Shown: one piece after another, positions 37,829 through 48,375 of the stretch
Layout of the letters: the number at the start of each line of letters is the position of its first letter
Numbering within the stretch: the first letter of the stretch is position 1
Virus record (IMG/VR): IMGVR_UViG_3300046671_000011
Location: 1 to 64,000 of that record
DNA: 64,000 nucleotides
Origin: a virus
Lineage: Duplodnaviria; Caudoviricetes
Strand: one strand, 5' to 3'
Translations under genes and position numbers: made by a program
Notes under the pieces: model-generated
What the model was told of the DNA's origin: nothing
Seen by the model: only the letters and a program-made list of their open reading frames with translations
The model's database searches: none

Positions 37829-40414
37829 TTAGAGTAACTTTCGCATAGTGTCATGATAGATATTAAACGGGCTTCCTGTAGTCCATTCGCTTAAACGCCC
37901 ATCGCTATCTATAGGCTGATGACAAGTAGCATTGCCATCTTCAATAAAGATAAGATAAGCAAAATCATACTTACTCTCTTTAATGGCTACTCTTAGACAG
38001 TTAAAGAAGGTACTGTCGAGGGTTAAAACCGCAATGCTTTTGGCTTTTGCCCTATTGATTATATGTTTAGCTAACTGCATATACTTTACTGGATGTGTAG
38101 TCAATTCTGGCCTGTCATAGACTGCATCAAAATCCGTGATTTTAGCCGGACATGAAAGGGTATCTTCTCCCCAAGTGATGATTGTTAGCATCACTTAATC
38201 CATTCGGCTATTGAGGGGATAGTTTCAGTGCATTGACCTTCGAACTTTGATGCCCAATACTCAAAAAATGGTTTGTGGTTACAGTAGAAGCTGGCATCAT
38301 ACATACTACCATGTTCATCCTGAAAACTCATATATATATCTCCCTCGGTGGCCTTGAAGGAAATATTGTGAGAGCCTGACTCAGAATCGGTAGAAAGGAT
38401 AACATTCTTATCTGCTAACCATTCATGCACTTGTCTATATAGCTGGAAGCAATTTAACCCTCGATAGGTTTGCCGTCCACCTTCATTACTTTCGTCATAG
38501 TAAACTCTAGATAAAGCCTTACTCATTGAAAAACTCGTTCATATCTGGTAACTCTTTCTCGTACTCTTCGATTTCTTTCATTAGCCAATCATAAAGGTAA
38601 TTAAATAACAGTAGACTATTACAGGAAAGATATCTAACCCTCTTATGACGTTCATAGATAATCTCAATACGCCCCTGCTTAGATGGAAACCAGGCTCCCC
38701 ATCCATTAGAAACTTCAAGATTGCTCCAATATGGAGCTTTCTCATCTAAACGTCTTGTGATATATCTTAGAAAGTCAGCTTCAAGCTCGTCGTGAAGAGC
38801 AGGGAATACAACTTCCATAATTTTCAAGCTGGAGTTCCATTTAGGTGGATATGCTTTCATATTCTTACTCCGAATACAAAGCCTTGCCTGCCACCTATCC
38901 ATAAGAATCGGGGCAGGTTCACGATAACCGCAATTGAGGGCTTGCCTTGATAGACAAGCCTCTTGAATTTAATACTCATTTGAGATCGACTACCCACTTT
39001 CCATTCTGATCTTGGAGGAATTCATAGATAGAGTTAGGTGCAAGCGGCTCATTCGGCTTTGCTTGCATATCTATACCTTTATTATAATATTCTTCTGCTT
39101 TAGCCTCAGAAAAATACTTCGGTTGCTTCTTTTGATTGTTACCTTGATGTTGCTGTTTAGGCTGTTGTGCAGCTTTCTTAGGAGCACCATGATCATAGAT
39201 CCTCCACAGCGTTTGTTCGAGGTCTGACCAGTTTCGGATAGTTGCCAAGTTGTCATCTTTGAGCTTCCATGCTGTTGTCATAACAAGCTTGCCGAGGTCA
39301 GAGTCTATCCAATATGAATTTTCGTCAACCTTACCACTACCTTCAAGATATCCGTTCTGGAATAGATATGCCAGTAACCTCATACACTGTAAGGCGTTCT
39401 GGTCTATGCGATCAACTGATTGGATAACTGTACGCTGCCGAGGTTGTGCTGGCTGTGCTTGTACCCGCTCGGTAGCCAAATCCTGATGCGACCACACATA
39501 GGTTGCTCCGGTGATTACTATAGCAATGATAAGCATGAGAGTTCCGTCTATGTGCATTCCGGTTGCGCCGAGCATCCAACCGAATGTGGAAACGAACCCT
39601 AATCCGACTTTTCCCACGATTGATCTCCTTGTGTACTATTAGAGGCCCAAAACGAGCCTCTACGATAATTAGCCACATCATAGTATCCGATATAATAACC
39701 GATATTTGAAAGCTCAATCTCGTGGGCTTCCGCATATGTCATCTTCGGTTCACGAGTTTGAAGTTCCTTAATGCAGTCTTCAAGGAAGTTTTTTGCGGCT
39801 TCCTCTGTGAACACATTAATAACACCACTATATTTCTGACCTATTGTGAGACCCATTCTGACTCCTCTTGTGCATCAAACTGTTCGAGTTGTTCAACTCG
39901 AACTCTGTAGGTAACATTCGATCCATCGAAATGTATGCATGGACGGCCTCGATCATATCCGATCACCATAGCGCGACGAGTATTGATCTTATCATCAAGA
40001 TATAACTGAGTCATGCCTGCTATCGTCACGAGTACCCGCTCACCAATCTTCGCGTTAAAGGCCATGATTATGATTACCATGCTTCCTAAAATCGCCACCA
40101 AAATCGAGCGTAATAATTACATCTGGTGTAAATAACTTACATACTGCCGTATCTTCATCTTCCCAATCGAAAGTCAACTCTGATAATGATAATTCATAGG
40201 ACATTCTGTGACCTTCACGGGTTGCTCGACGGCCTGAAGGTGTTGTCATCCGTGCAAACGTAAGTGAAATTGACTCATTAGATGAGCGAATGTTTGTACA
40301 TTCGCCGTAAATAATCTCTCGACCAGTCACTATGGTTGCTTCTACTGTCGAGGCGGCAACCAATCTGTCCTCAAGGCTTGAAAGCTGATCGGTTAACATC
40401 TTCTTCCTTTCCAA
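37829..40414 (-). other. small hypothetical ORFs incl. membrane protein 38976-39617
   Basis: 37829-38194, 38191-38526, 38519-38902, 38976-39617 (two N-terminal hydrophobic segments), 39599-39856, 39841-40101, 40055-40414. Confidence 0.55.
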
Positions 40415-40491
40415 AATAAAGTGAAGGTTATTATAGATACCTGTAAACTATTACTCTATCTGACTATCTTAACCAGGAAGACTAGTCATTG

Positions 40492-40632
40492 TGGGGATAG
40501 GTGGATTCGAACCACCATCAGAACTATCTTTGTTTAACCTTGACTAAGGCTATTTAGTTTTGGTCTCATAGATACAGCCATCTTAGAGATAAAGATTTTC
40601 CTGATACTCGTGTCCCACCACGATGTATCCCC
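40492..40632 (-). ncRNA. tRNA-like RNA with a greatly extended anticodon arm (141 nt)
   Basis: Acceptor GGGGATA/TATCCCC+A; D hairpin TCGTG/CACGA; ATCAGGA/TTCTGAT and ATCTTT/AAAGAT enclose ~59 nt; T arm GGTGG-TTCGAAT-CCACC. Confidence 0.7.
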
Positions 40633-40637
40633 ATAAA

Positions 40638-40703
40638 ACACATGGTAGGACTTGCACCTACACTTCTATCAACAGATAGCGTGCTACTTATCACCACAGC
40701 GTT
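40638..40703 (-). pseudogene. degenerate tRNA (Asn-like)
   Basis: T arm GTAGG-TGCAAGT-CCTAC; shortened CTATC-TGTT-GATAG anticodon hairpin; broken acceptor stem. Confidence 0.5.
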
Positions 40704-40714
40704 ATGAAGGGCCG

Positions 40715-41520
40715 TTTTTATAGGAGATCACGACCAAACCTTTCGAGACATTGGGTGGTTTTTCTCTAAGGAGGTTATCACCGAACCTATTTAATAGGCA
40801 TGTACACACCTATATCCGCTTTTATCGTTCTATACCCGTGATATGTATAGAGAAGGATAGCTTCCTACAAGAAACTGTCGAAGGTTTAAGACTGATCAGG
40901 TCTTTATTTCCCGTACTAACCTTTAGGGAAACGCTAATCCATAGGTGCTGTCACGGACGCAAACCGGGCCGTTATGGTAGGATCCCCACCCCATAGTTAT
41001 TCACGGTACTATGGAAAAACGCCCTCGAAGATTATTTCCCCCTCCAGGTCGGGATACCTCACCACACCACCAGCCTACGTTTAAGTTTGGTATTCTCCGT
41101 TAAGGGTATACCCCTTAGCGGACTGTAGGATAAGTCTAGATGGTCTTGATAGTCCTTTGCCGTGCATTACTGCACCCTCTACTCAGGCTTATATCCCTGT
41201 AAAGAGATATTATAGAAGTCAGGCTCGTAACCTGTTTGTGCCCTTACTGTATTCTCAAAGCCTATCGTCAGCGCCTTCTAGAAAGGGATAGGTTCAGGGC
41301 TAGGAGTCTTATTGTGCCTGCATTTGCAGCCTGTCTAGCGATGTATTTAACCATACTTTTCCGTCGAATTGTATAGCGAGACAGGTTCGGCTCTCCGCAA
41401 ATCTTAAATGGAGTATCCTGCATCGAAGCAGGGTCTCTACCGAATTTTTTTGTAGTGCCTTTCGAGTGTATTTGTACGCCTTCTGTCTACTCAGCACTAA
41501 TTCGATAGATCGAAACCTTT
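40715..41520 (-). ncRNA. candidate large structured non-coding RNA
   Basis: ~800 nt with no credible ORF and at least 10 hairpins (e.g. 41417-41432, 41330-41385, 41162-41175 GNRA, 41102-41116, 40991-41014, 40888-40904, 40736-40887). Confidence 0.5.
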
Positions 41521-41529
41521 ATACCCCGT

Positions 41530-42153
41530 TTACTTCATCCAATCAGGGTAGCCGCTAGGATGCCCCTCTAAACGGTCATTGTCTTTGAACATCGGCTGAT
41601 CAGTATTCTGATACCGATCAATGTTGGAGTTAGGCTTATTAGCTTCTACAAAGCGATCTTGATCCCAATGTGTCTTCTGTGGGATACTAGGAATTTCTGA
41701 TTTCGAAAATCCGGCAGCAGCAGTGGTCATTCCCAATGTTGGCTTTGACTTAGATTGCATCTCTGCTTCGTGCTTAACCTGCTCTATTGCCCACTCGACA
41801 GCATCTTTCGCTTCTCGAAGCCCACAACCAGTTTCCTGACGGACTTCCTTGATAGCTTCGACTTTCTCACTAGTCTGAATCCACTTAGGCCAAATGCGTC
41901 GGGCAACAACTCGAAGCTCAAGTTCTGTATAAGACTCCTTGATGTTCAGGGACTCATAGACCTGATACTCAATCTGTCTAGCAAATATAGTGGTTTCGAT
42001 GTCCTTTAGAACGTCTTTAAGAGTTATTACATCTCCCCAACCTGTATTCTCAAGATACTTGATAGTTGCTTGTAAATTGGTCTTAGCGTTGACCAGATCA
42101 GGCAGTTCCTTTTTGATCGCGCGCATTTTCGTGATAGCAATCTGATAGTCCAT
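41530..42153 (-). CDS. protein with ribosomal L7/L12 C-terminal domain
   Basis: KVEAIKEVRQETGCGLREAKDAVE matches the bL12 CTD consensus (K..VIK.VR..TGLGLKEAK..VE). Confidence 0.8.
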   Translation of the reverse strand: MDYQIAITKMRAIKKELPDLVNAKTNLQATIKYLENTGWGDVITLKDVLKDIETTIFARQIEYQVYESLNIKESYTELELRVVARRIWPKWIQTSEKVEAIKEVRQETGCGLREAKDAVEWAIEQVKHEAEMQSKSKPTLGMTTAAAGFSKSEIPSIPQKTHWDQDRFVEANKPNSNIDRYQNTDQPMFKDNDRLEGHPSGYPDWMK

Positions 42154-42160
42154 GATACCT

Positions 42161-43051
42161 CTACTTAGCTAATCCCCAACCAAAAAGATGAAGCTTGTCC
42201 ATTAACCATGAGATTAGCGTAATGATGGTTAACAGGATCCCTATAAGGGATAATAACAATTCCCCTCGAACAGTCTTTGCATCTTCGCCTGTTGGATGCA
42301 GGAAAATATAGAAAGATGCAATTAGACTAATTACTATTCCGACAATGATGACACCTTGACCACCTTCATAGATAACAGCTTCCATGATTATTGTTTCTCG
42401 GTAGAAACTGCATAAATAATAAATTTTCCAGTCAATACCAAGAACATTCCAGACATGCAAATTTGATAGGCAGTTGTAAACTGTAAATACTGCATACTGT
42501 ATTCAGGTAACAATAAAGGAATTGTGATATTCCAGGCTACACACAGAAAAATGGCGGCGACGGCAAGTGATAGTGCTGTCTTTATTAACAGTTCTATCAA
42601 GATTTCAAGCACTTCTGCTAACACGAATAAGCGGCTTTTTGACATTTTCTCTCCATACTGTTTAATCTATACACATTGTACTACTGCGTTGATCATCAGT
42701 CAATAGCCCGCTAACGCGGGCTTAGAATACATCGAGTTGATCACTTACTCGATGAGGCCAGCCAGTTCCATCCCATTCATAGACAAGAACTAAATGTTCA
42801 TGTTTAGACTCAACAACAATTTGATTGCTATCCCATCTATAAATGAATAACTCATCTTCATCTGTCCATTCAAGGTGAGTTGTTGATTGCTTCCAATCCT
42901 CATTCGTGAAAGGATTTTTCATAGAGTGGTTACAATCATAAGAGTAGCAGTCATCATCACAACCCCTGCGCTCATTAGTGCAGCCTTGATTTTGCCGTTT
43001 TGGGTTTGCTTGACTACATCCCATCCAAAGTAAAGGATACAGATCATACAA
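42161..43051 (-). other. small ORFs, two hydrophobic (42161-42460, 42388-42645), plus 42722-43051
   Basis: TM-like segments; starts uncertain. Confidence 0.45.
42675..42703 (-). promoter_or_regulatory. sigma70-type promoter
   Basis: TTGACT-N17-TACAAT upstream of 42645. Confidence 0.75.
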
Positions 43052-43104
43052 GTAACAAATTTAATAATAAAGATATCCATTAGAACTCCTTATTCGATTG
43101 ATCG

Positions 43105-43127
43105 AAAAGAGAGGGGCGTTAGCCCCT
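43105..43127 (-). terminator. terminator after RNAP gene, C(UAAC)G loop
   Basis: AGGGGC-TAAC-GCCCCT then CTCTTTT. Confidence 0.65.
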
Positions 43128-45660
43128 ACTCAGCAATTACGTGTAGATTCCCATCATGTTCAAAGGCACTCTTGATCGTGATGGTATCCCTTACCAAACG
43201 CGCTTCTTGTCCTTTAGCCACATAAGCAAACAAAAGGTTACTAGGCTTATAGCAGGCAACCTTACGTTCACCTAATTGACTAATAGTCAACTCGCGTCCA
43301 ACAAAACCGCCTATGCTTAACGCACCTATCTGGATTTTACTCTCGACAGGCATATGAGCAAGAGTAGCGACTATACTCTTGTATAGTTTCCTGTCTTCAA
43401 TAGGTACATCTCCCATAGCTGTGATAGCTTTGGACTCAGCTATTTTGAACAGGTTAAACCAGGTTCCATTCAGATAGACAACAGTAGCACTCTTGGTATC
43501 TAAGGGATTAACCTCGGTATACCACATTACCTGATTGCCTACGATAACAGGCTCATCAATTACACCTATCGAGCGCAAAGCCGCGAGTGTCATCTGTGCA
43601 ATCCCCGGCTTACGTCCCTCAGTTATCTTCTCACCTATTTGCCAAACACAAGCCTCAGTAGTTTCTGGCCCTTCCGCTTGCATCCAACTGCCAAGAATAG
43701 CTCCAAGTAAGACTTGACCGCGATAGTCTCCATCTATGGTATTGAACTTTTCCAGATACCTTTCGCTTGATAACCTTGCTATCTCAAAGATACTCTCATA
43801 GTCACCTTTGAGTCTTAAGACCTCAGCGTACAGTTGTCGAAGTTCATTTCCGGCTTCTAGCCATTGAGTACCAGCCTCAAAGACCTCGGCAGGCGGGCTT
43901 GCCTTCTTTACCAGTAGACTTATATCCTCTTGGAAGGACTCTATGTGGTTATCTACCAGCTTGATAGTTCTATCTACCCAATTGTCATCTGTCGAGAGTG
44001 TCAGGTCTTTCATGGATTTGGGTACTAGCCCGATTACACGCGCAATCATCGCTGATGGAAACTGCTGGCCTTCATTGATGAGCTTGCCTACTACCATCTT
44101 ACACCAGTCCATCACTGGTGAGAGGTCATAACCTAGCTTGACAGTCCCATCAATCACATTCTCTAACAGGTCAGGCAGTTGCTTGGGCAACCTATCGAAC
44201 ATGACGTAGAAGACCATCATGGTATTCACATATGCACCCAACGCGCCTGCGTTGCCTCTTGCTCTTTCGATAGCCTTATCAATCAGGCTCATATCATAGT
44301 ATGTAGAGGGTGATAATGAAGTCTTGGGATCAATGAGTCCCTGTTCTCCATCTTCTCGTTTAAGATAAACCTGTTGACTGAGATCTATCCTTGTTGGAAG
44401 CTTACTGCTGTCGAGGGTAGGAAACTCACTCTCACCGTCGATAGTCTCCCATTTGATAATGTCACTATCCTCAGTGGGTTCAAGTACCATCCATTCACCT
44501 AGTTGGTTAGGTGAACGCCAGAAGAGAACCTTATTCTTCTGATCAACATCATCTCGAAAGCAGATAGTCCAACAAGCATCATCTTGATCAGCACCACCAA
44601 GAACCCGGCTGATCGTGCTTATCCAATCTTCAGCATTCACCCATATTGTACCTGCTTGGATATCAATCTTAATCTGTCCTTGAGGGATAGACTTAAGACC
44701 AACCTCATCAACCATGATGTATAGCCGACCACCAGGGCAAGGTAAACGCATCCCATCGCGGGTTGTGTTCTTGAGCAGCTTCACATACTGGTTAGCAATC
44801 CCTTTAATGATTGATGGAAACCACATCGGGTGTCCACCACTCATCAGATATTCGAGGACATGCCAGCTAGTAGCCTTATCTATATCTTGTGGCCCAAGCG
44901 AGCGCCCAATCCCGGTCATTTCCCCATTTTCGATTGATCGAACTTGCAGGGCTGACCTCTCATTCAACCAGCGCATAAGATCTTCCTGATTGAACAGGTG
45001 ATTGAGATTGACCAACGATTGAATATCGAGCCGCATCTGATCATTACCATGCACAGGGTTGATCCCTACATAGTATCCCTTTGTATACTTGACATCAGTT
45101 TTGGTATCCGAGGGAAGCATCAGGTCATACTCATTGGTATCTACTACTACTGCATGACCCTTATCCTGACCTTTTGCGCTCATCAATGTAAACTCTACTC
45201 TCTCGATAGTATCTAGCTCCTTAGCTAGACGTTTAATCTTTCGAGGTTTTCCTGCTAAGGTCATCTGCTTGAGAAAGTCGCGGCTAATGCGTGCTGCACC
45301 ATCCCATACCTTACTTGTTCGAGCATCTTTTGGTAGATAGACAATCTTAGCACTCTCGAACAGACCATAGATATAGTAGGGTCGAAGAACCGCGCGTTTG
45401 AATCTCTTACTAAAGACATATGGGCCTTTAGGCATAGAGAACTCTAGACCTGTCGAGGATGAAAAAGTAGCCGCGTCTTGTCCCTCTATATACAGGTCAA
45501 TGACATTCGCATCATCAGTTACTCGAATAGTTGGCTTATGAGCCTGATCAATCTCGTCTTTATCACCCACCTTATAGTGAATGATTGCCCACTCTGGATG
45601 TTGAGTAAGCAAAGGATAGACACCAAGACTGGTGTCTCTATGCGTGATGATAGTAGACAT
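43126..45660 (-). CDS. single-subunit two-barrel RNA polymerase (YonO/QDE-1-like)
   Basis: QDKGHA (DPBB-A), FWRSPN, RVLGGADQDD metal-binding motif, ALGAYVN, VIDGTVKLG; start MSTII at 45660 after RBS AAGGAGA (track starts at 45777). Confidence 0.75.
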   Translation of the reverse strand: MSTIITHRDTSLGVYPLLTQHPEWAIIHYKVGDKDEIDQAHKPTIRVTDDANVIDLYIEGQDAATFSSSTGLEFSMPKGPYVFSKRFKRAVLRPYYIYGLFESAKIVYLPKDARTSKVWDGAARISRDFLKQMTLAGKPRKIKRLAKELDTIERVEFTLMSAKGQDKGHAVVVDTNEYDLMLPSDTKTDVKYTKGYYVGINPVHGNDQMRLDIQSLVNLNHLFNQEDLMRWLNERSALQVRSIENGEMTGIGRSLGPQDIDKATSWHVLEYLMSGGHPMWFPSIIKGIANQYVKLLKNTTRDGMRLPCPGGRLYIMVDEVGLKSIPQGQIKIDIQAGTIWVNAEDWISTISRVLGGADQDDACWTICFRDDVDQKNKVLFWRSPNQLGEWMVLEPTEDSDIIKWETIDGESEFPTLDSSKLPTRIDLSQQVYLKREDGEQGLIDPKTSLSPSTYYDMSLIDKAIERARGNAGALGAYVNTMMVFYVMFDRLPKQLPDLLENVIDGTVKLGYDLSPVMDWCKMVVGKLINEGQQFPSAMIARVIGLVPKSMKDLTLSTDDNWVDRTIKLVDNHIESFQEDISLLVKKASPPAEVFEAGTQWLEAGNELRQLYAEVLRLKGDYESIFEIARLSSERYLEKFNTIDGDYRGQVLLGAILGSWMQAEGPETTEACVWQIGEKITEGRKPGIAQMTLAALRSIGVIDEPVIVGNQVMWYTEVNPLDTKSATVVYLNGTWFNLFKIAESKAITAMGDVPIEDRKLYKSIVATLAHMPVESKIQIGALSIGGFVGRELTISQLGERKVACYKPSNLLFAYVAKGQEARLVRDTITIKSAFEHDGNLHVIAE

Positions 45661-45685
45661 GATTTCTCCTTGAGCAAAGAGAGAA

Positions 45686-46288
45686 TTAGCGCTTGACCTG
45701 ACAGTTAATGCAGATACCAAACGCCATCTCGTCACGGCGCAAGTAATCCCCGCACTTCTTACATACACAACCATCATTCACATCAGCTTTGAGTTCATTC
45801 ACTGCATAGCCAATGTATTTCTGGATATTCTCAGTTTTTGCAGGACTCTCAGGCCGTGTATCTACAATGATCCCATTGATCGCGTTTGAACAGAGCCGAT
45901 CACAAAGGGCATTCTGTTTGTTGTCGCTATGTCCAAGAACTTTCACGAAAGATAGCGAACAAGTACGATGAAGAACATTCATCAAACCCGTAACTTCAGC
46001 AATCAAGAGTTGATTAGCTTTAGCTTTATTGTGCTTGAAGAAAATGCCTTCGACATACTGGCTATCACCGTGAATGATTAACGCTGTTGCTTTGAATGCC
46101 AGTCCGAATAGCAAGGCTTCTTTGAAGGCCAAGATTTCAGACTGATTGTTGGTCTTATCACTACCGAAGTTTACTGACCAGGTAAACTCATCATTATCAT
46201 CACTTAAGGCAACAATACCTGCTGCCCCGATGCCTGGATTGGGGGCTGAGCCGCCATCAATCCAGATATTCCAATACTTATTTACCAT
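45686..46288 (-). CDS. rnhA: ribonuclease HI with C-terminal Zn ribbon
   Basis: WIDGGS..NPG.G, TNNQSE, GDS, GHS...N..CD.L; C-terminal CKKC...CINC; start MVNK at 46288. Confidence 0.88.
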   Translation of the reverse strand: MVNKYWNIWIDGGSAPNPGIGAAGIVALSDDNDEFTWSVNFGSDKTNNQSEILAFKEALLFGLAFKATALIIHGDSQYVEGIFFKHNKAKANQLLIAEVTGLMNVLHRTCSLSFVKVLGHSDNKQNALCDRLCSNAINGIIVDTRPESPAKTENIQKYIGYAVNELKADVNDGCVCKKCGDYLRRDEMAFGICINCQVKR

Positions 46289-46786
46289 GATATCTATACT
46301 CCCTAATCTTTTCCCATGCCTCATCATGACGCTTGTCCAATGCCTGATATTGGTGATACTGCTTTTTGCTCAATTTCCAACCTCTCACAGTTAGAAGTGA
46401 ACCCAAAGCGCAATACCAATAAGACTCTGCTATACCAGTATGATCTTCTTGACGAGAAAGTATGTCTTCAACAATGTCAAGTTGGTCAGCAATATACTTC
46501 TTAGCTGAACGATATTTCTTACCCATGATTCCTCCATTTTACGTAGTAGCGCAAAAGATCAAGGCTAAACAAATGAATCTGATTGAGAATTACCTTCTGC
46601 TTGTCGGTTAAATTGCATAACCACATAGCATGAATAATTCCAGATGCATTGTTGTGTGCTGCCATTGGCAAAGCTTTGTTATCTTCTGTAGAGATAGTAT
46701 CTCGATAATGCTTCCACTCCATCTCTAAACAAAAGGTTGCTTGCCCAATCAAAACGCTGAAAGTTTCTTCTTCCATTACTTGCTCC

Positions 46787-46871
46787 ATCCATAGTTAATC
46801 CATAGATCATACACTACAATCCATAGTTAATCCATAGATCAATTGCTTGATCCATAGATTATCCATAGATC
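46787..46871. repeat. second cluster of 11-bp ATCCATAG(A/T)T(C/A/T) repeats (six direct copies)
   Basis: Copies at 46787, 46798, 46819, 46830, 46850, 46861; same unit as 826-922. Confidence 0.9.
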
Positions 46872-48375
46872 AGAATGGTATATCTTCTTCAACAGGGTCA
46901 GGGCCGAGTGCCTGTAGTACAAGTTCGTATTGCTCTCTATATCCCTGATCACGGTTTTGCTGATTTTCGATCCGTCGAAGTTCACGCTCTGCTATCTCAA
47001 ACTCTTCAGGCGAGAGTCCACCAATAGCAGGTATCACTGTTGGTGTGTGGTGGATATAGTAATTGGTAAATAACATCTTCATGGATTTACACAAGCGATT
47101 GTCCTGATTACGCGGGCCATGCACTTGCATAACGTGACCTTCTGCATCCACCTCGATTGTAGCCTGCTCATCTTCGTGCTCAACATGAAAGATGAATGAT
47201 CTTCCACTCAAGCATTTGCTAAGATATGTGCCTACACAATGCCCCATATTCAATTGCTCAACTTGCAAGCGTGAGTTTACTGCTATTGGCTCAATGATTA
47301 CACCCTTTCGAATAGGCATACTATCGAGTTGTGGAAGATGAACATCTTCATCATAGGGAGTATTCGTCCACAGCGCGATCTTTTGCAATCGCCTTTTGAT
47401 AGCTATCTCATCTGCTAGCAAATCTTGTTGTCTGAGATCCTGGTGATAGTCACGACTGTCTTCAGCTAACTTGTGAATATGTCGTGTCTCTTTCTCTCGA
47501 AAGGGAACATCAAATACCCACGTTAATGCACCTAGACATTCACCATACTTGCGGATATTGGTAGATACATGATTATATCTATCATGGATTGCAATCGCTT
47601 TTCGAATGTGATCGACATTAGTTAGCAGATGTGTGGGCATAGAATTGCCAGCATGATTAGATAGCAACGCCGCTATTGCTATCGCTTGCAATCGCTTAGT
47701 TACTGGCTCATCTAGCTTAACTTGACTAAGCCAGCCAGTTGTATGTGATGGTAGACCACCAGGCCAATTATCTATCGAAAGATTATGCGCCTTATATGCT
47801 TTACCATTATAAGCGCTTAGATTTCGCCAATCGAGAAGACTTTCAATTGAGTGGGATCCTTGTGACCATTTGACAAAGAACGGATACCGAATGTAATCCC
47901 TGATTATCATCTCCTTCTCTCGATCAGGCATATCCAAATCAAGAGGTGTCCAGACCATAGCGGCATTTGGGCCTAATGACCTATAAGCCGACATCTGAAT
48001 ATTTAAGATTGTGGGATCAGCACGCTTCCGCTCTTCGTGATACCATCCTTTAAGCGAAGATGCTATTGCTTTTGCTGTTTGAGTCTTCTGCCATTCCTTG
48101 ATCATACTCTGTTGACGGTAATGGCCTTCTCTTGCTTCCCATGCTTCGCTAATAATGCGGGATATAGCATGAACAAGACCATTCATGTTTATAAAGTCGA
48201 ATTGAGATTGATATACGAGACCGATACCATATTTGTACCTGCTAACAGTCTCATCATAGATCTCATAGCCATTCGGTGCGCGCTTGATGTCCACAGCAGT
48301 CCCAAACTTGCTATGGATAACCCGAATGCCATTCGACATTGGTTCTAGCTTGATTACCCTCTCGCTGTTTTCCAT
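46870..48375 (-). CDS. PcfJ-like domain protein
   Basis: L..EQ..MGHCVGTY...S.IFHV...ATIEV...QVHG.RN; likely start MENS at 48375. Confidence 0.7.
   Translation of the reverse strand: MENSERVIKLEPMSNGIRVIHSKFGTAVDIKRAPNGYEIYDETVSRYKYGIGLVYQSQFDFINMNGLVHAISRIISEAWEAREGHYRQQSMIKEWQKTQTAKAIASSLKGWYHEERKRADPTILNIQMSAYRSLGPNAAMVWTPLDLDMPDREKEMIIRDYIRYPFFVKWSQGSHSIESLLDWRNLSAYNGKAYKAHNLSIDNWPGGLPSHTTGWLSQVKLDEPVTKRLQAIAIAALLSNHAGNSMPTHLLTNVDHIRKAIAIHDRYNHVSTNIRKYGECLGALTWVFDVPFREKETRHIHKLAEDSRDYHQDLRQQDLLADEIAIKRRLQKIALWTNTPYDEDVHLPQLDSMPIRKGVIIEPIAVNSRLQVEQLNMGHCVGTYLSKCLSGRSFIFHVEHEDEQATIEVDAEGHVMQVHGPRNQDNRLCKSMKMLFTNYYIHHTPTVIPAIGGLSPEEFEIAERELRRIENQQNRDQGYREQYELVLQALGPDPVEEDIPF

Noticed and set aside
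40715-41520. Assignment as GOLLD, RNase P RNA or group I intron
   Set aside because: No RNase P GAAAGTCC core, no recognisable GOLLD hallmark, and only a weak GGACT/AGTCC P7-like pair without P/Q elements or flanking exons; left unclassified.
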